From NCBI RefSeq assembly GCF_018350175.1, contig NC_058368.1, forward strand, positions 92,506,001 through 92,570,000: 64,000 nt of DNA, written 5' to 3'. Shown here piece after piece: positions 1 through 12,494 of the stretch (position 1 is the first letter of the stretch; each line of letters starts with the position of its first letter). Source of the DNA: Felis catus (lineage: Eukaryota). The notes beneath the pieces are model-generated. The model worked only from the letters and a program-made list of their open reading frames with translations. It made no database searches and was not told where the DNA came from. A program made the translations under genes and the position numbers.

Positions 1-1097
1 AGGGATGGCAGGTTTGCGTTCAAATACTGCAAATACTTGATGTACATTATATTCTAAATACATGAATATATTGCCCCCAAGCAAAGAGTGTTTCCCTGCT
101 AATAGCTGCTGAATTGTAGAATTCAGGGATTTTATGAAGCGGAGGGAACCCTGGAGAAATTAGCTTGGGAACAACAGACTGCTTTTCAAGGATAATCCTC
201 TGTGTCTAAATTATATATGTATTATTGTCCTTCATTTGCATGACCAATTATAGGGAAGTTCCTTATTGTGAGATGCCATAATTTTGTATAATTGTAGTCA
301 TCTCAGCAGTTTTGAGGGAGGTTTCCCTAGTAGAACGCAGTCTCAGGGAAAGCAAATTATGTTGATTTACTAGCAATTCTGCAAATGGATAGGGTGTCTT
401 TTTTATGCAGCACAAAGAAACTGCACGCTGTTTGACATTGTAAATTGCTTGCTTGGAATATGTCAAGCTGCAGACCTATAATTGCATGGTGTTGCCTCTG
501 AGGGGCCACCATTTTGCACTTGGATTTGGAGACTTTCTGTGTGATGATTCAGGGAGAAAAATGGTACTCATTTACCCAATAGCAGAGGGCAGGGCAGTGG
601 CTATGAACATCCAGGAAAAAGCAGAAAAGAACCAAGTCTACGGTAAATTTCTGTCTAAGCTCCGGTATCTCTGTGGTTTTACTGAAATTAGCTTATATGA
701 ATATTGTCACCAAATGAACAAGAAGAGAAGGGACGTTAACTGGCTACCTCAACATCTCTCCTAGCCTCATAAGATCTAGGAAGAGGTGGGTTTTAGAGCT
801 GATCTAGGCTGTGCTGCTGTCTGCGCCCTGGGCAGGAAAGCTGGGAGGTTAAATGCTATGTCTGGCAGGTGCACAGCTGGATGGGGGAGGAGTCCAGGCT
901 GAATTTTGCTGGCAGGCCATTTCAGGTTCCATCAGGGTGGAGGATCCCTGGCAGGATGATGGTATTGGATAGGGTCTTGCAGAATTTTACAAGCACTTGT
1001 AGGGCTTTTTATTTCTTTCCTATGACACCCTAGAAATTGGTGATTTTCAGAGGGCTGAATGTGAGCAGTTGCTGAAGGAGACCAGGGAGCTGATTTC

Positions 1098-1308
1098 TTT
1101 TTTTTAATGTTTAATTATTTTTGAGAAAGAGAGAGAGACAAGAGTGCAAGGGAGGAGGGGCAGAGAAAGGGAGACACAGAATCTGAAGCAGGCTCCAGGC
1201 TCTGAGCTGTCAGCACAGAGCCTGACACGGGGCTCGAACTCCTCACCTGCGAGATCATGACCTGAGCCGAAGTCGGATGCTTAACTGACTGAGCCACCCA
1301 GGTGCCCC
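1098..1308 (-). mobile_element. CAN-SINE (felid SINEC_Fc type)
   Basis: Reverse complement of GGGGCACCTGGGTGGCTCAG...; (GA)n and T-rich tail. Confidence 0.9.
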
Positions 1309-1899
1309 TTAACCTGCTGGATATTTTAAACTTTTTATCGGTATTACTCATGTGGGACTTCTCTGTGACTTTTTTTTGTTTGTTTGTTTTACACTAGATT
1401 AGAATATTACAGAGGTCAGACCCTTAGTCTGAAATAGCTTGACATCTTCTGTCCTGCTTGGCATGGTGGTGCCTCACACACAGTGGGTTCTCGGTGTTGC
1501 TAAATGAATGGACACACCCCTGACCATCTCTGGACCTTTCACTTTCTGGATCTTTCCTGTGCCTGCACAAGGAGGGTTTCTGCCCATGATTTCTCTTCCT
1601 CCCAGATATGGGGCATAATGGCGTGGAGACCTCTGCTTTGGTCCCCCTTACTCAGTTTCTTTTTTCAGGACTTGTCTAGTAACAAGAAATCTCCAGGCGG
1701 TCCTCCAGACTTGGAGCTTTGTGCACATCAATTTACTGAGTTCAGAAACTCAGTAAAAATTTTTTTTTCACTGCCCAGACAGTACAAAGTATGCTTATTA
1801 TATTTCTAGTGAGTTTGCTTAATGGGAAATATAACTGCCATCATTTTAGAGAATTAGGTCCCTTTTGCATGACCGTGCAATTTTTTTTTCAAGCATCTT

Positions 1900-2389
1900 G
1901 CTAGCATTATCAACAATAGCCTAACTATGAAGAGAGCCCAAATGTCCATTGACTGACGACTGGATAAAAAAAATGTGGTATATAAATACAATGGAATATT
2001 AGCCATCAAAAAGAATGAAATCATGCCATTTGCAATGATGTGGATGGAACTAGAATGTATTCTGCTAAGTGAAATAAATCAGTTAGAGAAAGACAAATTC
2101 CATATGATTTCAGTCATATCTGGATTTTAAGAAACAAAACAGATGAACATATGAGAAGGGGGGAAAAAGAGAGAGGGAAACAAACCATAAGAGACTCTTA
2201 AGGGTAGAGAACAAATTGAAGGTTGATGGAGGGACATTGGGGGGGATGGACATTAAGGAGGGCACTTTTTGGGATGAACACTGGGTGTTGTATGTAAGTG
2301 AGGAATCACTAAATTCTACTCCTGAAACCAATATTGCACTGTATGTTAACTAACCAGAATTTAAATAAAAATATGAAAAGGAAAAAAAA
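1900..2389 (+). mobile_element. L1 3' end (carnivore type), 5'-truncated
   Basis: ORF2 end/3'UTR motifs CCCAAATGTCCATTGACTGA, ATGCCATTTGCAATGATGTGGATGGAACTAGA, GAATCACTAAATTCTACTCCTGAAACCAA; A-rich tail. Confidence 0.9.
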
Positions 2390-3049
2390 TTCTTCTAGAA
2401 CAGTGAATTGTTTTCAGTGTTTAGTTTTTCTGGAGCCACTATCATTCTTCTACCCCTTAAAACATAGAACATTGTAGAACCATTATTTTGGCAATCTCTC
2501 TGTGAAGTAGATTAAAGATTAATAGGCCAGAGGGCGATTTTATTAAGTAGGTTCTCAAGAAAAGTTAGTTTTAGATTTGTAAATAAATCTTATAATGAAG
2601 TACATATGATTCTAAATGTATTCTGTGTGCACTCCTATGTGAGAGCAGAGTCATTTGACTATATCTTCACAATTCTAAAATAGAATTTTAGTAAGTCATT
2701 GCAATATTTTAGGTGGAGTAGGAGGAATTTGAGAAGGCCCTGGAGGTAGAGCTGAAGACCAGGTTGGATAAACTTGTCACCAAAAAAGCAAGAAGTGAAG
2801 GAAAAAGCTGAAGACGGAGAAGAGAGAATTGACTAGAGAATGGGAGGAAGGGTAGTTGTGGTGGAAACTGAGTCAGTGTGTTAGAAATGACAGCGAGTGT
2901 AAGATATGTGATCTGGGAGAGGGGAGGAATACGTTTGTCTATGTTAGTTAGCTGTGGAGGTATGCAGTTGGAATGGCGCCTGGGAATTGTGTCCAGAGTT
3001 TAGCTGAAAAGGGCTGGGCCCCCATCAGGTACTTGGGCATTGAAACCAA

Positions 3050-3274
3050 GGGCGCCTGGGTGGCTCAGTAGGTTAAGTGTCCGACCGGCTCAGGTCATGA
3101 TCTCGCGGTCCGTGAGTGCGAGCCCCATGTTGGGCTCTGTGCTGACAGCTCAGAGCCTGGAGCCTGCTTCAGATTCTGTCTCTCTCTCTCTCTCTCTCTC
3201 TCTGCCCCTCCCCACTTGTGGTCTGTCTCTCTCTGCCTCTCAAAACTAAAGAAACATAATAATAATAAAAAAAA
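3050..3274 (+). mobile_element. CAN-SINE
   Basis: GGGCGCCTGGGTGGCTCAG head, (CT)n, A tail. Confidence 0.9.
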
Positions 3275-3804
3275 GAAACTGATTCAGAACCATTGAAACC
3301 TTTTGCTCTCTAAGCATAAGCAAGGATAGAATCACTCTGTTCTAGAAATTTTATAAACCAAAGTGCATAGGACTCCCAAGGAATAAATATTCATCCTTGA
3401 AGATGAACTGGTGTTTAAAATTGACAGATTACATAACTGACATCCAGCAGATGCAACCAACAAAATAATTGGTATCCAAAAATGCAAACATAAATTAGAG
3501 AGAAATTATACACTGATAATATTTAGTATGAGTGTACAGATAAAAAAAAGTATTCACTCACACCATGAAGGAACAAAATAGTATGAAAAAGAGCAGGTGG
3601 AATAGGAAAGAGGAACTGAACAGATGCGTAGGTGTAAAAAAACCAAAAATGCAGTCCTTGAAATTCACAGATTGAGAGATGAGTGAAATAGGGGATTAGG
3701 TACAGAAGAAGAGAGAATCAGTTAAGTAACTAACATTAAAGGGAAATCCCTAGTGTGTCTGACAGATAAGATGGAAAGAGGCAAAGAGCAATCAATAGAC
3801 AAGT

Positions 3805-3985
3805 AATTCACAGGAATAAAAGGCACAGAATGGGGAATGTAGTCAATCGTATTGTTGCATGGTGACAGACGGTGGCCACACTGGTGGTGAGCACAGCACA
3901 ATGTCTAAACTGGTCGATTTGCTCTGTTGTTCACCTGAAACTAACATAACATTGTGTGTCCACTCTACTCAAATAAAAACATTTT
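3805..3985 (+). mobile_element. L1 3'UTR fragment
   Basis: GGGAATGTAGTCAAT...GGTGAGCACAGCACAATG...CACCTGAAACTAACATAACATTGTGTGTC. Confidence 0.75.
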
Positions 3986-4210
3986 TTAAAGAGTAGCTCA
4001 TAGATAAAGATGACCAGATAAGCGGTATAAAGTATGCAAGAAAGAGAAGGGAGAAGAGATAACGTTTGAAGGGATAAGAATTTTTTATGTGAAGAAAGGT
4101 GGAAGTCACATTTTAAGAATCACAGTGTATTCCTAGTAGAATAAAAAACCCTGTCCCCTACTATTCCCGTTATTTAATATATCATCCTCTTCATTGCAAA
4201 CCTCATATTT

Positions 4211-4378
4211 AATTAGTTAATTAATTAGCTTTTTGAGAGGCGGGGAGGGGCAGACGGAGAAGGAGAGAGAGTCCTAAGCAGCTTCATGCTCAATCTTATG
4301 ATCTCATGACGGTGAGATCGTGACCTGAGCCAAAATCAAGAGTCGGATGCTCAACCGACTGAGCCATCCAGGTGCCCC
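4211..4378 (-). mobile_element. CAN-SINE
   Basis: Consensus head in reverse; TSD GCAAACCTCATATTT. Confidence 0.85.
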
Positions 4379-4841
4379 GCAAACCTCATATTTTAAAAAT
4401 ATATCCATGCTACTGTAAGTAATGTACCATGAATAAAAGATGGACTAAAACAGCCCCTATACTTGGGGAGCTCACAGTCATTCTCAGCATCATCAGCAAG
4501 AACATATATCAAGGGTCAGAAACTGAACTAAGCATTTAGGTCAATTACTTTATTTATTATTTAAGTCCTATTTTACAGCTTGGCTAGACTAACTGAAAGA
4601 TGACATCCTATATGTCTCCTGAATAAAATAAGGGGATCAAAATTAATTTTGCAGTAAAATGTTTTATCTTTTCTGACATTCCATGGGAAAAATCATTTTG
4701 CAGATGCATTTAGTGTAATTCAGATGGATGACCAGCACAATTAGATTAGTTTCTTTAAGAAATTCAGTAGGCATTTATTGGTCACCTACTATGTACATTA
4801 AGTGGTGTAGGCACTTTAAGGTATGAGGGTTTTTTTTCTCA

Positions 4842-4970
4842 GTTTTTTATTTTAATTCCAGTACAGTTAACATACAGTGTTATATTCATTTCAGGTATAC
4901 AGATAGTGATTCAACAATTCTATACATTACTCAGTGCTCATCATGATATGTGTGCTCTTTAATCCCCATC
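4842..4970 (-). mobile_element. L1 3' fragment
   Basis: TTAACATACAGTGTTATATT...TAGTGATTCAACAATTCTATACATTACTCAGTGCTCATC. Confidence 0.75.
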
Positions 4971-4999
4971 GAAGGTCTAAGGGTTTTACCAATTATAGT

Positions 5000-5445
5000 A
5001 CACGTATCAATATAGCAGGACTTACAGGCTCAAAAAGCAAACATTTATTTGCTTATAATTCTGTAAGTTGACAATATGGGCTGGGCTCAGCTTGGGGCAG
5101 TTCATTTCTGTTCCCCAAGTTGAAGGCTGGGCTCACACATGCAGTTGGGCTTTGGCTCAGATGTCTGGCATGGCTGGGATGGCTAGAAAAGCAGGCACCT
5201 TACTCTACATGCTGTGACACCCCCCAAAAAGCTACCTAGGCTTTTTCCCATAGTGGTGGAAAAGTTCCTTGTAGGCAAGCACTTTTCAAGCCTCTGTTGT
5301 ATCACATTTGCTAATATTCCATTGGCCAAAGCAACTCACATAGTCAAGCTCAGTGTCAATATGTGTGTGTGTGGGCGGGGCGGGGGGGGGGGAATAGCCA
5401 ATGGGCATGGATACAGAGAGATTATATTCACTGGCGCCATTTTAA
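5000..5445. mobile_element. MaLR (MLT1-type) LTR
   Basis: CATTTATTTGCTTATAATTCTG...GGGCTGGGCTCAGCT...CACATTTGCTAATATTCCATTGGCCAAAGCAACTCACATAG. Confidence 0.7.
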
Positions 5446-5449
5446 AAAA

Positions 5450-5626
5450 ATATTTATTTATTTTTGAGAGAGAGCTGGGGAGGGGCAGAGAGAGAAAGTT
5501 TCAAGCAGGCTCTGTACTGTCAGTGCAGAGCCTGATGTGGGGCTCAAACTCATGAACCATGAGATCATGACCTGAGCCAAAAATTAAGAGCTGGTCCCTT
5601 AATCAATTGAGCCTCCAGGTGCCCCC
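5450..5626 (-). mobile_element. CAN-SINE
   Basis: Consensus motifs in reverse. Confidence 0.85.
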
Positions 5627-5753
5627 ATTGGGGTGGCCCCATTTTTAAAACAGTTTACCTCAAAGGTAATTAAAATTTTAACTGGAGTTGAAATCTCAAC
5701 CCAAAATTGTAGGACAAACAACATTTGAGTTTTATTACCTTTTAGTTTAAAAA

Positions 5754-5963
5754 ATTTTTTAAATGTTTGTTCATATTTGAGAGAGAGACAGAGTGCAAGC
5801 GGGGGAGGGGCAGAGAGAGAGAGGGAGACACAGAATCTGAAGCAGGCTCCAGGCTCTGAGCTATCAGCACAGAGCTCCATGCGGGGCTCGAACCCACAAA
5901 CCGTGAGATCATGACCTGAGCCGAAGTCAGACGCTTAACCAACTGAAAACACCCAGGTGCCCC
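5754..5963 (-). mobile_element. CAN-SINE
   Basis: Consensus motifs; TSD-like TTATTACCTTTTA. Confidence 0.9.
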
Positions 5964-6529
5964 GAGACTTATTACCTTTTAAGATTATAAACCTTAGTCA
6001 TTTCTTAGATCATGACAGTCCATCATGAAACATTCATCTGGGCAATTTCTTCTAGATGGGCAGCCAATCTGAATTCTTAAGTTAAAGGCAGACTCTTGTA
6101 AAAAGAGCATCTGAGAATCTGTCCATTTTAGCTGAGTAGATTGGTCTTATACAGTCCCTCAAAAGGGGTCCTTTGGAGAGCTTACCTTGGAAGCAGTGAG
6201 TTATTGCTTCTGTGGAAGGATCAAGTGACTAACCTTCCATTCATATCTCACTGCCACAGGCAAAGAATCTCTTGACCTCCTTAGAAGCTGGAAGAAAGAT
6301 GATGCCCTCTAGTACATTGGACAGTTCAGCCTGCAAGAATATAATTAATCATTACTTTCTGGGTCAGCTCCTGAAACCGCTCCTTTATCATCATCCATCT
6401 TTTTCTAGAAGGGATCTTTAAATTCTACTTTGTTAAAGAAAGAATAATGTGGCTGCTTTTTGTGGGGGTGGGATATGAGTTTGGGGAGGGCATCACTCTT
6501 ATTCTTTTGAGAGAGAGAAAAAGATCTTT

Positions 6530-6754
6530 ATTTTTATTTAAAAAAAATTTTAAATGTTTATTCATTTATCAGACATGGAGAGAGACAGAGCATGAGCAGG
6601 GGAGGGGCAGAGAGAGGGAGACACAGAATCCAAAGCAGGCTCTGGGCTCTGAGCTGTCAGCACAGAGCCCGATGTGGAGCTCGAACCCATGGACCGTGAG
6701 ATCATGACCGGAGCTGAGGTCAGAAGGTTAACCAACTGAGCCACCCAGGCGCCT
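6530..6754 (-). mobile_element. CAN-SINE
   Basis: Consensus motifs; TSD-like AGATCTTTA. Confidence 0.9.
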
Positions 6755-7725
6755 CAAGAAAGAGATCTTTAAACATCCGTAAGTATATTTGTTAAAGTCT
6801 TAAAGTTTTTCAGGATACTCGCGTCTCCAAAAATTATCACTGTACAGACTGTAACAGGCATTCCTTTATCTCTTCCCAGTAATTCCAGATTTCTGTGAGG
6901 GTATTGACGTGTTCCCTGGAAAACTGGCTCGATCCCTAGCTTCAAGAACTAAAGCCTGAGATTCCAATCAGACAAGCAATGAATTTTATTCTACTGGCAT
7001 CAGTTCAGATGTGGGCAGGTAATGCCAACTATTATCATCAGATTGCGTTTGTGGGAAGGTTAGGGCAACTATTTTCTTTTCTGCAAGGAAGAAAAAGCGT
7101 ACAGCGTGTGGAGTGGCAGATAGCTGTGCCTCTTAAGACCACAAACGGGCCAGTGCTAGATGAAGAAAGCCATGCCGAAGGCAGAGTGGCAAGATAGGAA
7201 GAGGTCAGGTTCAAGGTGGCATCAGGGAGCTGTTGAATCAAGCTTTACCTGAGCAACTTTTCAGTTATGTGAACCAATAAATTACCTTTTTTTTTTTAAA
7301 TCTAATTTGAGTTAGGCTATTATATTTTCTGTAGCCTACAGCATCCCCTCTAACGTACAGCCGACCTCAAAGAACAGATGATATTCTCCTTTTGTGAAAC
7401 CCCTTGAAGCTACAGGGTAAGAGGATACTTTTAAAGGATGTTGATGAGGGAGAGGATGATTATGACCTAGAGGAGGAGGGAGAGCTTTGTCTAATACACT
7501 GTTCCCAGCAGATCCTTGACTGAGAAAGATCTTGACAGAGGGTATTTAATGGTGCAAGCACTATCAGTGATAAAAAACTTATTCAGAAATGGAACTATCT
7601 TCTCGTATGGAATAAGGACTGTTTTAGTTGTTTTTTGTTTGTTTGTTTGTTTTTGTTTTTGTCTGGGACCAGTCTGCCTTGGCATTCCTCTTACACACAG
7701 TCATTTGTATAAAAATTGATTTCAC

Positions 7726-7965
7726 AGGGGCGCCTGGGCACCTCAGTCGGTGAAGCATCCTACTTTGGCTGAGGTCATGATCTTGCAGTTTGTGGGTTCG
7801 AGGTCATCATCTCGTGGTTTGTGGGTTCGAGCCCCTCCTTGGGCTCCGTGCTGACAGCTCAGAGCCTGGAGCCTGCTTTGGATTCTGTGTCTCCCTCTCT
7901 CTCTGCCCCTCCCCTACTCATGCCCTGTCTCTCAATAATAAATAAATGTTTAAAAAATTTTTAAA
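7726..7965 (+). mobile_element. CAN-SINE with an internal tandem duplication of about 29 bp
   Basis: GGTCATGATCTTGCAGTTTGTGGGTTCGA followed by GGTCATCATCTCGTGGTTTGTGGGTTCGA; TSD-like ATTTCACAG. Confidence 0.88.
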
Positions 7966-8664
7966 CACTTATTTCACAGACATTTATTGAGCATCTATTA
8001 TGTGCCAGATGCTTGGAATATGGAAAATAATAATAATCCCAATACTCAAAAATTCAAAAATTAGTGGAAAGAGAGTGGGAGAGGTCCAGTAAAATAAACA
8101 CAACTCAATGTTGCAAATCTGTAGAAAGTGTTACAAGATGATGGAACAGCCAGTTCTGTCTGTAGTCTGGGACAGTGGTTCCCAGTTATCCATGGCTGGT
8201 TTTTTTGGTTACCATTGTTTTCCTGTGGCAAAAGGAGAAAATTAAGAACAACCAAATGAGTGAAATTTTTCTAAAACCAAATTCATGAAATTGAAAACCT
8301 CTCCTTTATTCTGAGGTGATATTCTTCCTGGGCTTGTTTGTTTGTTTTTGGTTCTAACTTATCCTCCATATTGTGGTAGGTACCTGTTTATGTGTGCATG
8401 AACAAAGTCAAAGCAGACAATACTATATTAGAACTTCCTTTGTAAATATTGATAATGCCTGTATTACCAAACTTTGGCAATCGCTCATCTAGATACTTGG
8501 AGAAGCTTTGGAGGGGTTATTCTGGAATGGATCTTGAAGAATAAATACAGTTTCAGCAGGCAGACTGAAGAAGGCAGGGGCTTAGCATATGCAAACACAC
8601 AGATATGAAATGGGAAAGGGCTGTTTGGGGAATGGCATGTATTTTGGAATATTTAAAGAGGGAA

Positions 8665-8880
8665 GGGGTGCCTGGGTAGCTCAGCCAATTAAGCATCCGA
8701 CTTCAGCTCAGGTCGTGGTTCGACCTGAGCTCACGGTTCGTGGGTTCAAGCCCCAAGTCAGGCTCACCGCTGTCAGCACAGAGCCTGCTTTGGATCCTCT
8801 GTCTTCTCTCTCTGTCCCTCCCCAGCTCACATGCACATTCTCTCTCTCTCTCAAAAATAAATAGACATTTTTTTAAAAAA
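8665..8880 (+). mobile_element. CAN-SINE
   Basis: Consensus head and (CT)n; tail interrupted by an opposite-strand SINE. Confidence 0.85.
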
Positions 8881-8898
8881 TGGATACTTTTAAAGGAT

Positions 8899-9087
8899 GA
8901 GAGAGAGAGAGACAGAGTGTGAGTGGAGGAGGTGCAGAGAGAGAGGGAGACACAGAACTCAAGGCAGGCTCCAGGCTCTGAGCTGTACAGAGCCTGATGG
9001 GGGCTCAAACTCACAGACTCCCGGATGGTGAGATCATGACCTGAGCCAAAGTTGGCCTCCCAACCGACTGAGCCACCCAGGCGCCCC
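8899..9087 (-). mobile_element. CAN-SINE inserted into the tail of the previous SINE
   Basis: Flanked by TAAATAGACATT / TAAATAAACATT duplication. Confidence 0.85.
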
Positions 9088-9924
9088 TAAATAAACATTA
9101 AAAAAAGAATATGAGGTGAATGGTGGCACTGAAGTTGAAATAATTGGCTTCATTCCAATATTAAAAGGCCTTGAATGTCATGCTAAAGAACTTGGATTTG
9201 ATCTAACAGGCAGTTGGAGCTACTGAAGCGTTTAAAATAGGGGAGTAACATGATTGGCTATGTGATTTTGAAAGCTAATAAAAGTAGTAGGGAAATGTGT
9301 CCACTTCTTTGACAGTTACATTTCTTAATGGATCTAAAAGTAGAAATGGCGTTTCAAATAAAAAGAATAAAACTCTTAAGAGGGCTCTGATATTTATCAG
9401 CACGCGCAATTGATTAGCGATTCGTGAAAACATAGGAATGACAAATTTGGCATTTGCTGGTTATTTTTCAAACAGTAAAGGGACCCCAATCTCCCCATCC
9501 CACCCCCTCACACACACACACACACACAGCTCCAGAGCAGAGCTCTTAATTTTCTGAGTGGTTCCCTTTCTTTTTATTTTATCTTAGAGTTAGGAACAGA
9601 TCCTCGCCTGATTTGTTGCAGAAGCCAAACTGTGTTTCCAAGGGCGCATGTTCGGAACCTCTGGAAGGCATCTAGTCACCGTTACGAGGAGCCTGGGAAA
9701 GACAAGCTGGTAGACTCTGGGTCTCTCTAAGGAGACACTCAATTTAGATTAGGAGACAGTTGTTGGTGTCATTGGCCCGTTCCAAATGAAAATAAAACCG
9801 AAGAGCAACTCAGCTGCCCTTTGTATCCACATCTCAACACTAGCTTAAATCGAGGCATAATCGAGTGGAAAGAAAATCCTTGTGATTGACAAGAATTCTG
9901 TGGGAGGTCCAGGTCCTTGATTAT

Positions 9925-10045
9925 TAGCTCTGCGATCTTGGCCAAGGATCTTAACCTCTTTGGTCCTCAGGTCATGAGCCTACACTGTCTCAGAAAATTG
10001 GTAGGAGATTTCAGTGAAATGACATAAGTAAAGCCCAATCCCTGG
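9925..10045 (+). mobile_element. MIR fragment
   Basis: GCGATCTTGGCCAAGGATCTTAACCTCTTTGGTCCTCAG core-like sequence. Confidence 0.55.
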
Positions 10046-10286
10046 CCTGTCATGCATCCCCACAGACTGTCAGTTGGCTTCTCACAGAATGGTGGGCTAT
10101 TCTCATGTTACATGTGCAGGGTCCGGGCAAGAGTGCAAATGGAAGCCTATGTCCCACGTGTCTAGATACTTAAAAGTTCTAAATCAAACAAGCAAACTTA
10201 AATACATCTGTCATAAGCTTCTAGGTTGGCAAATATACCTTCATAGCGAAGAGTTGAAAACTTTGTTTAAAGAAAAGTTCATAACA

Positions 10287-10451
10287 GGGGCGCCTGGGTG
10301 GTTCAGTCAGTTGAGCGTCCGACTTCGGCTCAGGTCATGATCTCAGGGTTTGTGGGTTCGATTCCTGCGTTGGGCTCCGTGCTGACAGCTCAGAGCTTGG
10401 AGCCTGCGTCCGATTCTTTGTTTCCCTCTCTCTCTGCTCCTCCTCTCCTTG

Positions 10452-10486
<35 letters not shown>

Positions 10487-10497
10487 CAAAAATAAAT
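10287..10497 (+). mobile_element. CAN-SINE
   Basis: Consensus; TSD-like AAAGTTCATAACA. Confidence 0.9.
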
Positions 10498-11252
10498 TAC
10501 GCCTCCCCCCAAAATTAGTAAAGTTCATAACAAATCACTGTGGATATAGAGCAAATTTCAAATTAATTTCATAGTTGGCAAAGACCACACTTCTTTCCAG
10601 GAAGACTCACTGGCACCGGGTGAGGAGAGAAAGAGGAGAGATTTCTCCTTCCCTGGCTGGCTAGCTTGTGCATGTCCCTAGGCCCTTCTTGACTTTGTCT
10701 TCCTCTTCACACAGGGGAAGCTTCAAGATTTCTCTTCACCTCTTCAGTCTTATCCTCGTTAGCTCTTACCCACAAATTGCTATCAATACCCCTCCGCCCA
10801 CCAGCATGTCCCATTTAAATCTTTCAAAAGAACCTGAAGCTGGGAGGCCCGGCCGTCACATTCCCTCCAACCTCTGGCCTATTGTTTGTCTCCTTGCCTT
10901 TCCATATTTGTCTCTACCCTGAAATAGGGTTTCATGTGCTGGACACACCAGCCTGTAGGTCCAAGCTCTACCCACACATCACAATAGCTACCCTTGCCGC
11001 TGCCTGTGCCGAGGGGTATACACAGTGGTGGTCTTTCAGGAAGCTGGATCAGGGGAAAGGCCCAAGCAGAACCTGGAATTGGAATTACAACCACTGGGGC
11101 AGGAATCTCAGAGTCCCTGTACCCCATATTATAGAGAAGGGGAGGCCCAGCCTATAAGTGGGCACATCACTTCTCTGTGAGCAAAGGTATAGAAACAGAA
11201 GGGCAAGAGGGGGCCCTTTAAAGCCTAGGGCTCAGCATAGGGGAGCTTCTTC

Positions 11253-11701
11253 TTTTTTTTTAAGTCTTTATTTTTTTAATTTTTTAAATGTTTATTTTAT
11301 TTTTGAGAGACAGAGAGATAGCGTGCAAGTGGGGGAGGGGCAGAGAGCAAGGGAGACACAGAATCCAAAGCAGGCTCCTGCTCCAAGCTGTCAGCACAGA
11401 GGCCGACATGGGGCTCGAACTCATGAACTGTGAGATCATGACCCGAGCCCAAGTCAAAAGCTTAACCGACTGAGCCACCCAAGTGCCCCTGTTTATTTAT
11501 TTTGAGAGAGAGCAAGAGTGAGCAGAGGAGGGGCAGAGAGAAAGGGAGAGAGAGAGAGAGAAAGAGAGAGAGAGAATCTTAAGCAAACTCCATGCTCAGT
11601 GCAGAGCCTGATGTGAGGCTTGAACTCACAAACTGTGAGATCATGACCTGAGCCAAAATCAAGAGTCAGACACTCAAGTGACTGAGCCACCCAGTTGCCC
11701 C
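11253..11701 (-). mobile_element. Two tandem CAN-SINEs (about 11253-11490 and 11492-11701)
   Basis: Two consecutive reverse consensus copies. Confidence 0.88.
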
Positions 11702-11777
11702 AGGAATCCCACTCTTAATCGTAATGCGGAGGACACATGTGGCAGGGGGTTCATTGCTGTGTTGTGTGAGAGAATGA

Positions 11778-12494
11778 TGTGGGGGAGGTAAAACTTTACC
11801 TCTCCCCATCGAGTTTTCAGTTCTGTAACCAAAAGACAGATTAACAAGAGAAAAACCAACAGTTTCTTGAGCAGCGCACATCACGTGGGAGAAACCTAAA
11901 TGAGAAAAGCAAGTCGAAGCCTGTGGCTTAAAATTTTGGCTTACGTGGCATCTTCAACAAAGAACAGAAGCGCATTTGTAGAAAAGTGACAGGACAAAGG
12001 AAAGCAATTTTAGGCCTCTGGGGGCAGCACACTGTGGGAAGGTAAATATACGGGAAGGAACTAATGAAGTCAGGGTTGTTGGCAGATTCCTCTGGTTACA
12101 TCTCTGGGCTGCTAAGAGTCTGTCTCCAGTGAAAGGAGAATTTATATTCTACTTTTAGGAAGAAAAAGGGGAACTTGCTTTGTGTTTGTAGCTTCTTAAA
12201 TAACTTTGGTTCAAAAGATTTAAAACAATTTTTTAAAAGCTTATTTTATTTTGAGAGAGACAGAGACAGTGGAGTGGGGGTGGTGCAGAGAGAGAGAGAG
12301 AGGGAGAGAGAGAGAGAGAGAATCCCAAGCAGACTCTGTGCAGCCAGCGCAGAGCCTAACGTGGGTCTCGAACTCATGACCTGAGCCGAAACCAAGAGTC
12401 AGACGCATAAGCGACTAAGCCACCCAGGTGCCCCCAAAAGATTTTTGGTGTCAAAGAGACATCTTTTGGGGGTAATACTCTCTAACTTCCCTCA
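11778..12494 (-). mobile_element. MER34-like ERV1 LTR interrupted by a SINE
   Basis: TGT...CCCTCA termini; motifs GACAGATTAACAAGAGAAAA and CAAAGAGACATCTTTTGGGG typical of MER34 in reverse; TSD ATGA/ATGG. Confidence 0.7.
12228..12435 (-). mobile_element. CAN-SINE inside the MER34-like LTR
   Basis: Consensus; TSD-like CAAAAGATTT. Confidence 0.88.

Noticed and set aside
3050..3130. tRNA genes suggested by A/B-box-like motifs
   Set aside because: They are tRNA-derived SINE heads followed by (CT)n and A tails, with no complete cloverleaf.
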